Shown: positions 39,430 through 48,808 of the stretch, piece by piece
How the letters are laid out: the number at the start of each line of letters is the position of its first letter
Numbering within the stretch: the stretch's first letter is position 1
Assembly (NCBI GenBank): GCA_944392815.1
Contig: CALXXY010000003.1
Coordinates: 43,520-107,519 of the forward strand
Length of the DNA: 64,000 nt
Direction: 5' to 3'
Source of the DNA: an uncultured Alphaproteobacteria bacterium
Lineage (GTDB): Bacteria > Pseudomonadota > Alphaproteobacteria > Rs-D84
Notes under the pieces: generated by a model
The model's input: the letters and a program-made list of their open reading frames with translations, nothing else
The model's database searches: none
Told to the model about the DNA's origin: nothing
Program-made: the position numbers and the translations under genes

Positions 39430-40437
39430 TTATAACAGGAATTTCATCTGGCCCCACGCATTGCCACGTGGCAAAGTTATCCAGTACAAAATCCCCAAAC
39501 CGCTGACCGCGGGCATAACTGTGATTATCCCGAACAGCCCCAGCATTATCGCAAACATACGTTCACCAACATGTTCAGGCAACTTTTCCGCATGCCATAT
39601 GGACATAGCAAACAATATGAAAAACACAAACGTCATGCCCAGGAAAATCACCACGGATTCAGTCAAAACAAACAACGCCATACACAGCACTGCTATAAAT
39701 CGTACCAGCCATTTTAATTTCACATACGCACTGTGCCGAATTGCACCATGTGGCCGCAGATTACGCAACGCAATCGTCGCCGCAACCGCCGCCGCCATTA
39801 AAATCAAAAACAACAAATGCACCGGCGTCAATGCCCCCAATTGACCAAACCGGAAAAATTCCGGCTGCATTAACATGGCGACAGTCGTCACCCCCATAAC
39901 CAGCGCAGTTCCCGCTATGGGTCGCATTTCGCACCGCGCCATACGCCCAACCAGTCCACCAAACAAAAACGCACCGATTTGCAACAGTGGTCCCCACCAC
40001 GCATGAATATCAGACAACCCAATCGCGGCCAAAATCATCACCCAACAAACAACAATTCCCCATTTTTGTCGGCCACTGGCACCACGAAACTTTGGCAAAT
40101 TAAACCCACGCGAATACGACCCGACAAACACAGACGCCACAAAAACTATGGCCGCGATTAAAAACGGCAACACAGTTGCATTATCACGCAACACGGCATA
40201 ATTGCCGCCAAACAACACAACCCACGCCAACGTCAGAATCACCGCAGCCAGCGACGTGCGCGACATAATATTTTCTGAATTCCAGCCAATGCGCTGCAAA
40301 AACGCATGCCCACAAAAATACACCATCATAAACACAGGCACCGCCAAAATCGCCCACCACAAAAACGCAGGCGCCGCCAACGCGGCATTATTAAACGCGC
40401 TTATTGCACTTTGCACAATCATACTGCTTTCAAACAT
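39430..40437 (-). CDS. Polytopic membrane protein of unknown function
   Basis: About 10 hydrophobic segments. Confidence 0.75.
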   Translation of the reverse strand: MFESSMIVQSAISAFNNAALAAPAFLWWAILAVPVFMMVYFCGHAFLQRIGWNSENIMSRTSLAAVILTLAWVVLFGGNYAVLRDNATVLPFLIAAIVFVASVFVGSYSRGFNLPKFRGASGRQKWGIVVCWVMILAAIGLSDIHAWWGPLLQIGAFLFGGLVGRMARCEMRPIAGTALVMGVTTVAMLMQPEFFRFGQLGALTPVHLLFLILMAAAVAATIALRNLRPHGAIRHSAYVKLKWLVRFIAVLCMALFVLTESVVIFLGMTFVFFILFAMSIWHAEKLPEHVGERMFAIMLGLFGIITVMPAVSGLGILYWITLPRGNAWGQMKFLL

Positions 40438-40475
40438 AAACTTGCCTTTTTACTTTGTTGGATTATTATACAGAC

Positions 40476-41150
40476 ATGGCGCAAAAACAAGAAATTTTTA
40501 CCCTGATGGGCGGTCGTGTCCGCATAAGTCGCGGTCGATACAACCCCACGTCCGACGCAGTTTGGCTGGCGGCATTCGTGCCGGCGGGCGCAAAAACCGT
40601 GCTGGACGTCGGCATCGGCACGGGCGGGGCGGGGCTGTGCACACTGGCCCACGATGGGAATATTCGCCTGACAGGCATTGACACATCGAACGAAATGTTG
40701 GCCGAATGCGCCAAAAACGCGGAACTGAACAATCGCGACATTGAATTAATTAACGCAGACATCACCACATGGCGCACCGCGCGCACGTTTGACGTGGTCA
40801 TCACAAACCCGCCATATTTTCGTGGCACCCCGGCGAAACATAACGCCCACCACAATGCAGATTTAACCACCTGGACACGAAAATGCATCGCACGCACACG
40901 CCCGCGTGGACATTTTTGCATAATTATCGCGGCCGACCGCATGGCCGAAGTCACCGCAGAAATGTCAAAACACTGTGGCGACATAACCATTATCCCATTG
41001 TTTGGCGCAAAACAAACCGCAGAACGCGTGCTGCTGCGTGGGCGTGTTGGGACACGGGGCGGGGCAACGTTGCATATTGGCCTGTCCATGAATAATGACG
41101 CCATATTACGTGATGGCTTGACTATTTCGGATACATTGGGTACCCTGTGA
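40476..41150 (+). CDS. SAM-dependent methyltransferase, tRNA1(Val) m6A37 (YfiC/TrmN6)-like
   Basis: DAVWLAA, VLDVGIGTG and NPPYF. Confidence 0.85.
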   Translation: MAQKQEIFTLMGGRVRISRGRYNPTSDAVWLAAFVPAGAKTVLDVGIGTGGAGLCTLAHDGNIRLTGIDTSNEMLAECAKNAELNNRDIELINADITTWRTARTFDVVITNPPYFRGTPAKHNAHHNADLTTWTRKCIARTRPRGHFCIIIAADRMAEVTAEMSKHCGDITIIPLFGAKQTAERVLLRGRVGTRGGATLHIGLSMNNDAILRDGLTISDTLGTL

Positions 41151-41154
41151 CAAT

Positions 41155-42432
41155 ATGATAAATTTTATAACACGATATTTTACGTCCCTGTGGGCATTTA
41201 TAACATCGCCATTTCGCGCGATGTGGCGTGTAATATGCCGCGTATTTCCACCACGCGAATTCACAGTTATGGACACCCCCCGCGGAAACGTATACACTTT
41301 TAAACAAAGCAGTTTTTGGCGCTTTACAAAATTCTGTGGGAAAATAGGTCTGGTTTTATGGGCCACATGGTCGACATACGTATTTGTATACCACCGCCCA
41401 TTACTGCAAAAACGCACCCAGGAATTGGATGCGGCAAAATCCATGCACGCGCGTCAAATGACTGATTTACAGGTATACCTGCAGAAATACAATGATTTAA
41501 CCCGCGATTTAAATGTCACAGACGATAAAATCCTGAACGCCGCCGATTTAACAGACACCCAACGCGAAGATTTAATGAACAGCCGTCTGAAAACATGGGG
41601 CGAATTGGATTTTCTGCGCACTCGCCTGACGGAAATGTTCACAAATGACGAGTATGCAGCGGAATATACAAACCTGTCTGAATTGTCGGCCGAACTGGAA
41701 TTGACACGCGCAGAAAACGAAATGCTGAAAAAACGCAATACCCAATTGGTTGCGTCAATGGAACAAATCGCCACCGCAGACATTCAAATTGTTGACGCGG
41801 TATCAAAATTGGCCACTGAAAACATAGACAACCTGCGCGACAATATCCGCGGCATCAGTACAACCATCGCGTCACTGGGACTGACCCAGAAAAAATTGGT
41901 AAACAGCGCGAACAAATTTTCAAATCCATTTGTGGGCGCGGCATATTCACCAATTGAATTTGACGATGAATTGGACCCAAAATACCAGAAATTGGCCGAT
42001 GATTTAGAATTATGGAACGGCCTGGCAAAATTAAATACTATGTTGCCATTGGGCGCACCTGTGGAAAAAATGCGCGTCACATCAAATTTTGGCACACGCA
42101 ACGATCCATTCACCGGCGAACCCAAACGCCACCGCGGCATTGATTTTGCCGGTAAAATCGGCACAGAATTAATGGCTGTCGCCCCCGGCCGCGTGGTATC
42201 TGCGGGCGAACGCGTGGGATACGGCACAACGGTGGAAATCGACCACGGATTGGGATTCACGACACTGTACGCCCACCTGTCACAAACATTGGTCACACGT
42301 GGCGATTGGGTGCGTCCGGGCACAGTCATCGGCCTGGCTGGATCCACGGGCCGTTCAACTGGACCGCATTTGCATTATGAAATTCGGTACAAGGGCGTCC
42401 CATTCGACCCCGCAAAATTTGTAAAGGAATAA
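41155..42432 (+). CDS. M23-family peptidoglycan endopeptidase with TM anchor and coiled-coil
   Basis: HRGID, YAHL and TGRSTGPHLHYE. Confidence 0.93.
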   Translation: MINFITRYFTSLWAFITSPFRAMWRVICRVFPPREFTVMDTPRGNVYTFKQSSFWRFTKFCGKIGLVLWATWSTYVFVYHRPLLQKRTQELDAAKSMHARQMTDLQVYLQKYNDLTRDLNVTDDKILNAADLTDTQREDLMNSRLKTWGELDFLRTRLTEMFTNDEYAAEYTNLSELSAELELTRAENEMLKKRNTQLVASMEQIATADIQIVDAVSKLATENIDNLRDNIRGISTTIASLGLTQKKLVNSANKFSNPFVGAAYSPIEFDDELDPKYQKLADDLELWNGLAKLNTMLPLGAPVEKMRVTSNFGTRNDPFTGEPKRHRGIDFAGKIGTELMAVAPGRVVSAGERVGYGTTVEIDHGLGFTTLYAHLSQTLVTRGDWVRPGTVIGLAGSTGRSTGPHLHYEIRYKGVPFDPAKFVKE

Positions 42433-42436
42433 AACC

Positions 42437-42790
42437 ATGTTGGCATTTACAAACGCAAAAGAAAAACAATCACCGACAATTATCGGCGCGGGCTGTAAAT
42501 TAACCGGCGACATAAAAACTGACCACACCGTGCAAATTCACGGCAACGTCGTTGGCAACGTCACGGCCGACACAGTCATCATTGGCCGCGGCGGTCATGT
42601 GGTTGGCAAAGTGACCGCGACAAACCTGTTTTTGCACGGTTCGTTGGACGGCCCGGCAACGGTAAACACGGCCAACATTTTCAGCAACGCCCAAATGACC
42701 GGCACACTGTCTTATTTCACATTAAACATCACTGGGAACACAGGCCTGGAATGCAAATTGGCCAAGCGCAAGGATAAAAAAAATGAATAA
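42437..42790 (+). CDS. Bactofilin (polymer-forming cytoskeletal protein)
   Basis: TIIGAGCKLTGDI...IHGNVVGNV...IGRGGHVVGKV beta-helix pattern. Confidence 0.9.
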   Translation: MLAFTNAKEKQSPTIIGAGCKLTGDIKTDHTVQIHGNVVGNVTADTVIIGRGGHVVGKVTATNLFLHGSLDGPATVNTANIFSNAQMTGTLSYFTLNITGNTGLECKLAKRKDKKNE

Positions 42791-43229
42791 AAACATATCA
42801 AAAATATACATAGCCGCCGACCACCGTGGGGTGGGGGTAAAATTATACCTGATTGAAATGTTGGCGGCAATTGGATACAACCTGGTAAATCTGGGGACTG
42901 ACGATTTAAACACACCCGTCGATTTTCCAGACATTGCCAAAACATTGGCCGACGCAATGGCGAACGACGAAAAATCCCGCGGCATTTTAATCTGTGGCAC
43001 TGGCGCAGGTATGCAAATCGCGGCCAACCGTTATCGCCACATTCGCGCATCACGCTGTGAACGCCCGGACCAGGCCCGCGACGACAGATTCCACGACGAC
43101 ATCAACGTGCTGGCATTGGCCGCCGACGATATTGATATAGAGGTATCTTTCCTGGTCGCGCGCGCATTTTTGGAAAGCCCATTTGACAATTCCGAACGCC
43201 GCGTTCGCAGATTGAAAAAAATCTCGTAA
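42783..43229 (+). CDS. rpiB: Ribose-5-phosphate isomerase B
   Basis: IAADHRG, GILICGTGAGMQIAANR and NVLAL. Confidence 0.92.
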   Translation: MNKNISKIYIAADHRGVGVKLYLIEMLAAIGYNLVNLGTDDLNTPVDFPDIAKTLADAMANDEKSRGILICGTGAGMQIAANRYRHIRASRCERPDQARDDRFHDDINVLALAADDIDIEVSFLVARAFLESPFDNSERRVRRLKKIS

Positions 43230-43255
43230 TCAAAAAACGCCCAACCGGGCGTTTT

Positions 43256-45652
43256 TTATTTCTTTACAACAAAATTCACCATTTTATTTGGCACAACGAT
43301 GGTTTTGATTATTTCAGCATCGCCCAAACGTCGTGCGGCCACATCACGCGCGGCGGCAACAATTTCAGATTCCGGCGCGTCAACACCAATCTGAAAATCG
43401 CCCGCGCGTTTACCGTTAACCGACGCGACAATGGTCATTGTCGTTTTAACCAATTTGGCCGCGTCATACGTTGGCCACGGTTGAAACACCAACATATCCG
43501 CGTGCCCCAAACGTTCCCAGATTTCTTCTGTCAAATGTGGCGCAAACGGATTTAACATTTGAATCAACACTTCGTACGCAGCGCGCGGCATACCACCATC
43601 AAATTGATTGATAAATTCCATCATTGCAGAAATCGCGGTATTAAAACGCATATTTTCCAAACGTTCGGTCATATCAGCAATTAATTGATTAACCAAACGT
43701 TCCTGTTCGGGCGTCATAACATCGTCTGTCAGTTTGTCCGCCATATTTTCCACACGTTTCAGGAATCTTTGCACCCCGGCCAGCGCACCGTCCGACCAGT
43801 TCACATTCGTATCCCACGGTCCCAGCGACAACACAGTCGTACGCGCGGCATCGGCACCAACACGCGCCACCATTTCATCAACCTGGAATCCATTGCCGGC
43901 GGATTTAGACATTTTTTTACCGTCCGACCCCATCAGCAATCCGTTCGTGGTACGTTTTTTATACGGCTCGACAGTGTTTACAAAACCCAAATCATACAAC
44001 GCTTTGTGCCAAAAACGCGAATAAATCAAATGACGCGTATTGTGTTCATTGCCGCCATTATAATGATTTACCGGCATCCAGCGTTCCATTTGTTCCCGCG
44101 AACAAAATTCTTTGTCATTACGCGGATCCAGATACCGCATATAATACCACGACGAACCCGCCCACTGCGGCATAGTATCCGTTTCGCGTCGCGCCGGCGC
44201 GCCACATTTCGGACACATGGTATTCACCCAATCAGTCGCGCGGGCCAGGGGACTTTCGCCGTCCTCGGTCGGACGGTAATTTTCCATATACGGCTGCATT
44301 AACGGCAATTCAGATTCAGGCACCGGCACCCAACCGCATTTTTCACAATAGACCAATGGGATTGGCTCGCCCCAATACATCTGGCGCGAAAAACCCCAAT
44401 CAGTCATTTTGAAACGTGTTTTCGGGCGGGCAAAGCCGTGTTCCTCGCCATACTTAATCGCGGCGGCGATTGCATCGGCCTTGTTCATGCCATTTAAAAA
44501 TCCTGAATTAATATGCGCGCCGTCACCGGTCCAAACCTTGTCGGATTCGCCACCATCAATCACAGGAATAATTTTCAAACCGAATTTTTTCGCAAAATCC
44601 CAGTCGCGTTCATCGTGCGCCGGAACAGCCATAATAGTACCATGCGCATAATTCACCAATACATAGTCCGCCACAAACACGGGGATTTCATCGCCTGTAA
44701 ATGGATTGCGCGCCATTATGCCGTCCAAACGCACACCTGTTTTTTCTTTTGTTGCGTCCGTCCGATCAAATTCGGATTTTTCGGCCGATTGTTTTATATA
44801 CGCACGCACCGCGTCCGCGTTTTTAATGCGCCCGTCAGCCAGCCATTTGGCAACCAATTTGTGTTCCGGCGCAATCGCACAGAATGTCGCACCGAATATA
44901 GTATCAACACGTGTGGTGTAAACGGTCATTACATCGTCACCGACCATAAAATCAACGTCCGCACCAGTGGATTTACCAATCCAGTTTATCTGATCGCGCT
45001 TTACACGTTCCGGATAATCAACCAATTTCAAATCATCCAACAAACGCTGGGCATATTTAGTAATCGCCAGATTCCACTGCATTTTTTCACGAATTTCGAC
45101 TGGTCCATGACAACGATTGCATTTGCCATCTTCCAATTCTTCGTTGGTCAACGTGGTGCGGCAATTCGGACACCAGTTCATCGGCAACATGGACTTGTAC
45201 GCCAAACCTGCATTGAAAAATTGAATAAACATCCACTGGGTCCATTTGATATATTCAGGATCCGACGTCGCAATTTGCGATTTCAAATCAATCGACCAAC
45301 CCATTTCCACCATATTGGCAGTAAACTTTTGCACCAGGTCACGAACAACCTCGGACGGGTGTTTGCCAATTTTCGTGGCATAGTTTTCCGCCGAAATCCC
45401 CAATGAATCAAAGCCCAACGGATATAAAACATCATAACCCTGCATACGACGAAAACGCGCCATAACGTCACACCCGGTGTAATTCAACATATGTCCGCCA
45501 TGCAATCCAGTGCCCGATGGAAAAGGAAATTCCGCCAACATATAAAACGGTGTCTTGCTGCCATCATTTTTAGGGGTAAAAACACCGGCGTCCGCCCAAC
45601 GGCGTTGCCATTTTTCTTCGCGTTCATGAATTTTTTTAATATCGTCTGCCAT
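43256..45652 (-). CDS. leuS: Leucine--tRNA ligase
   Basis: FPFPSGTGLHGGH, YTTRVDT, AVPAHDERD, RETDTMPQWAGSSWY and KMSKS. Confidence 0.98.
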   Translation of the reverse strand: MADDIKKIHEREEKWQRRWADAGVFTPKNDGSKTPFYMLAEFPFPSGTGLHGGHMLNYTGCDVMARFRRMQGYDVLYPLGFDSLGISAENYATKIGKHPSEVVRDLVQKFTANMVEMGWSIDLKSQIATSDPEYIKWTQWMFIQFFNAGLAYKSMLPMNWCPNCRTTLTNEELEDGKCNRCHGPVEIREKMQWNLAITKYAQRLLDDLKLVDYPERVKRDQINWIGKSTGADVDFMVGDDVMTVYTTRVDTIFGATFCAIAPEHKLVAKWLADGRIKNADAVRAYIKQSAEKSEFDRTDATKEKTGVRLDGIMARNPFTGDEIPVFVADYVLVNYAHGTIMAVPAHDERDWDFAKKFGLKIIPVIDGGESDKVWTGDGAHINSGFLNGMNKADAIAAAIKYGEEHGFARPKTRFKMTDWGFSRQMYWGEPIPLVYCEKCGWVPVPESELPLMQPYMENYRPTEDGESPLARATDWVNTMCPKCGAPARRETDTMPQWAGSSWYYMRYLDPRNDKEFCSREQMERWMPVNHYNGGNEHNTRHLIYSRFWHKALYDLGFVNTVEPYKKRTTNGLLMGSDGKKMSKSAGNGFQVDEMVARVGADAARTTVLSLGPWDTNVNWSDGALAGVQRFLKRVENMADKLTDDVMTPEQERLVNQLIADMTERLENMRFNTAISAMMEFINQFDGGMPRAAYEVLIQMLNPFAPHLTEEIWERLGHADMLVFQPWPTYDAAKLVKTTMTIVASVNGKRAGDFQIGVDAPESEIVAAARDVAARRLGDAEIIKTIVVPNKMVNFVVKK

Positions 45653-45717
45653 TTTTATAACCTGTTGTTAAATTCTGGAAAAATTTTATACATAAAATAT
45701 GCTGGATTCAAGGAGTT

Positions 45718-46434
45718 TTATTGCGCCACCCGGCGCAAAAGTGCCAAATATTCCACATTGCCACTGCCGCCGCGAATGGGCGATTCAATAATACCAGATT
45801 GTTTATAGCCATTTTTTTCAAAGTTTTGTACAACGTTTTGAATGGCCGCGGCACGTTCAGATTCACTTTTAATCACACCATGCGCACGGGCGGCAACATT
45901 GCGGGAAACCTCGAACTGGGGCTTAATCAGGGCGATAATTTGCGGCGCATTCCATGCGACCAGCGCATCGCTGATGTTGGTTAATGAAATAAACGACACA
46001 TCAACCACAATCAAATCAACCGACCGCATGGGGGACAACGACCGAATATCCGTCTGTTCCAGCGCGGTCACACGCGCATCATTTTTTAACGAATCCACCA
46101 ATTGATTTGTGCCGACATCAACCGCAATCACATGCGCCGCCCCGCGCGATAACAGCGTTTCTGTAAAACCACCAGTACTGGCACCAACATCCAAACAAAC
46201 ATACCCCGCGGGATTCACCCCAAACGCGTCCAGCGCAGCCCCCAATTTCAAACTGCCGCGCCCAGTGGAATAGGGCAGCGCCCCGCCAACAATCACATCT
46301 GTGTCGGCAACGTCCATACTCGGCTTTTGCGCACGCGCCCCATTCACAGTCACCAGACCCGATTTAATCGCCGCCGCCGCGCGCGCCCGCGTGGAATACA
46401 GATTTCGTGAAACCAGTGCGATATCTAATCTCAT
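45718..46434 (-). CDS. tlyA: TlyA-family rRNA (cytidine-2'-O)-methyltransferase
   Basis: S4 domain (MRLDIALV), LDVGASTGGFT, DVSFISL, LIKPQFE and GNVEYL. Start set at ATG 46434. Confidence 0.93.
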   Translation of the reverse strand: MRLDIALVSRNLYSTRARAAAAIKSGLVTVNGARAQKPSMDVADTDVIVGGALPYSTGRGSLKLGAALDAFGVNPAGYVCLDVGASTGGFTETLLSRGAAHVIAVDVGTNQLVDSLKNDARVTALEQTDIRSLSPMRSVDLIVVDVSFISLTNISDALVAWNAPQIIALIKPQFEVSRNVAARAHGVIKSESERAAAIQNVVQNFEKNGYKQSGIIESPIRGGSGNVEYLALLRRVAQ

Positions 46435-46515
46435 ACCGAAAATTGTACCGCAGCATTCACGTAAAATCAAATAAGTCCTTGCACCACCCGCGCACACGCG
46501 ATAATATAACAAATG

Positions 46516-46690
46516 TCGGTGGGTGTTCCACCGATGGGGTGTCGAAACCCGTTAAACTAGCGTCAGGCAACTGATGAATTAAACTCCGATCTAGCATGGT
46601 TGGAGGGCTTGCGAATATATTGAATAAGCAGCACTATTCTAGTTTATAGTTTCGAACCTCCAACCACCTGAATTTTTCTGGTGGTTTTTT
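46516..46690 (+). promoter_or_regulatory. Structured attenuator-like 5' leader of the Cys-rich secreted gene pair
   Basis: Hairpin 46516-46534. Long stem 46542-46560/46639-46655. 46597-46606 is complementary to 46657-46666. Terminator AACCACC/GGTGGTT plus a T-run. Confidence 0.65.
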
Positions 46691-46726
46691 CATTATCAAA
46701 ACAAATGAAACAAGGGAGGTTGCATA

Positions 46727-47170
46727 ATGAAAAAACATTTAATACTGGTCGGGGTGTTTTCCGTGGCCATAGTCCAATCACAACCCGCGATGGCCGTGAC
46801 GAAGTGCGTGGCGTTAAACAGCCGCAGTACAACGTGTGCATATGCAAGTTCAGAATTCGATGTTACTGATTGGACAACAACATGCACTACAAACGATGTA
46901 AGTATTCCGATAAAAGGCATAGGGATATGTGCTAATGCAAGTGCTAGCGCCCTAGGAACAACAACAACACAACTAGACCTGTCGTCCACTGCTGATGATA
47001 ACAAATATTGTTGGTGCCGTATGATAAGTCCTGCTGTGTCGCGCTGGGTGTATGTCAACTCAACCCCGACAGCGGGCGATTGTCACCATAGGTGCGCATC
47101 ATACTGCGCGACGAATGTTCGTGATACACCGCTCTTTCGGCGTGGAATGTTCGGCTCGCTTTCTGACTAA
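46727..47170 (+). CDS. Secreted Cys-rich protein (CWC...CxxxCAxxC type)
   Basis: GGGAGG RBS, signal peptide ending AMA and eight Cys residues. Confidence 0.82.
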   Translation: MKKHLILVGVFSVAIVQSQPAMAVTKCVALNSRSTTCAYASSEFDVTDWTTTCTTNDVSIPIKGIGICANASASALGTTTTQLDLSSTADDNKYCWCRMISPAVSRWVYVNSTPTAGDCHHRCASYCATNVRDTPLFRRGMFGSLSD

Positions 47171-47182
47171 TGGGGGCGCACA

Positions 47183-47509
47183 ATGAAAAGAATACTGATT
47201 TTATTTGCATTATGTTGTCCGGTATCTGCGATGGCCCTGGATATAGAAGGTGGAGTAGTCGTTGGTCCGCCAGTGCAGGCAATAAGCACCCCATCAACTT
47301 CATGCCCGTCGGGTTATACTGCGGTGGTCGAGGAACATATGGATATTGCGAACAGTTCATGCCCATCGGGCTATACGTCCGCCGGCACAGCAACCAGTTG
47401 TATCGCGTCCAACCCCGGCGGGTCGTGTATTATGTACGCCCCGGTGGGTGTATCGTATACAGACACCACCGGCATATATGAATTCGAACAACCCTGCGCA
47501 ATGGAATAA
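47183..47509 (+). CDS. Small secreted Cys-rich protein with CPSGYT repeats
   Basis: G-rich RBS, signal peptide, two SCPSGYT motifs and C-terminal YTDTTGIYEFEQPC. Confidence 0.85.
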   Translation: MKRILILFALCCPVSAMALDIEGGVVVGPPVQAISTPSTSCPSGYTAVVEEHMDIANSSCPSGYTSAGTATSCIASNPGGSCIMYAPVGVSYTDTTGIYEFEQPCAME

Positions 47510-47854
47510 ACCACCCCGGCACTTCGTGCCACCCCTCCGCAGAGGGGAACTTTGCCCCGCAACGGTACGTAGCTAGTTCCCCTCTGCGGAGGGGTGGCGC
47601 GCTTTGCGCGACGGGGTGGTTTACTCGTGACTCGTGAGTGTGTCGCTCGGGCGCGTTGCGCCCTGTGCGTATCCTCGTATTTATTCGGTCTGCACTTCGT
47701 TTGACCTCATATACTCGGATTCATCGCGAGCAAAGCGTGGCGATCCAGTAAATAAAAAGCACTGCGGGCGAATGCTCGCAGACATATTGCACTGGATTGC
47801 CACAGTCGTACGACAACGTTTTCAACGTTGATCGTACTCCTTCGCAATGACAGG
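47510..47854. repeat. Mosaic REP-like element: inverted Y pair (REPIN-like) plus module Z
   Basis: ACCACCCCG...CCACCCCTCCGCAGAGGGGAACT (47510-47551) has an inverted copy at 47575-47620. 47730-47854 matches 25023-25148. Confidence 0.85.
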
Positions 47855-48588
47855 GGGATAGTATGCCCGAATAACGTGTCGCACCCGAACGCCATCCGCC
47901 CCATTTTGACATATTTTTTTATTCAAAAATTACTTTAATTTATACATATATCTATATATTTTTAGTAAATTTTTAAATTTTATACAATAATACACCATTT
48001 TAACATCAAAAATACACCAAAAATCGCTGAAAACCCGCAGAAATCCGCCATTTTTTGCATTTTTACGGTCAGAATAGGGCACAAAAACCGATTTTTCCGC
48101 CCCCGACAATGACAAAAAACGGCCACACAGGCAACCAAAACCACAGAAACACATAAAAACACATTATATCACTAAATACAAAGTGTTATTTTATTTTTAC
48201 AATAAATATCTTCAATAAATTTCACCAATAAATATGCGTAAAAACATTCACAAAAAAAATCCGAAACACGCCCGATACAAAAACACGCCGCACAAAACTG
48301 CACGAAACAAAAAAATCACCAAGTCAAAAACTAAACCCAAAATTCATCGTGCTATGACGCAGATGAATTTTATTTAACGTACATTTATATGTTCATCTGC
48401 GCCACAGCGAACAAAAAATAATACCGACGACAGCGACAACACACATCACAGCAAATTTTTATCACGCGCGACTACACACACATTTTCACAAATTATAATA
48501 TTTGACACGTCCGACACACAAAACCACAAAACAAATCTGCTTGTATTCATGTATCATTTTGGAACACACCAACACATCATATTCTCGT

Positions 48589-48791
48589 TATATTACGTAC
48601 AGTTTTTATGAGCCCCGGCGACCACATAATCCTCATATATTATGTATAGTTTTGGGGGCGCCAGCACTCCACATTCCTGTTATATTATGTATAGTTTTAT
48701 GAGCCCCAGCGGGCACATAATCCTCATATATTATGTATAGTTTTGGGAGCGCCAGCACTCCACATTCCCATTATATTATGTATAGTTTTAT
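48589..48791 (+). repeat. Array of five XerD-arm-like 18-mers (TATATTATGTATAGTTTT) at 45-47-bp spacing
   Basis: Copies start at 48589 (two mismatches), 48636, 48681, 48727 and 48772. The spacers alternate between two types, giving a 91-bp higher-order unit. Confidence 0.92.
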
Positions 48792-48808
48792 GAGCCCCGG
48801 CGAATAAA

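Noticed and set aside
46540-46660. Canonical SRP (4.5S) RNA, or a tRNA on either strand
   Set aside because: The helix-8 GNRA hairpin is missing between GTCAGG and AAGCAGC, and no cloverleaf forms around the GGTTCGAA-like segment. Kept only as a speculative note.
48589-48791. CRISPR array
   Set aside because: The repeat is only 18 bp, the spacers alternate between two near-identical sequences instead of being unique, no cas gene is in the window, and the repeat matches the adjacent dif arm.
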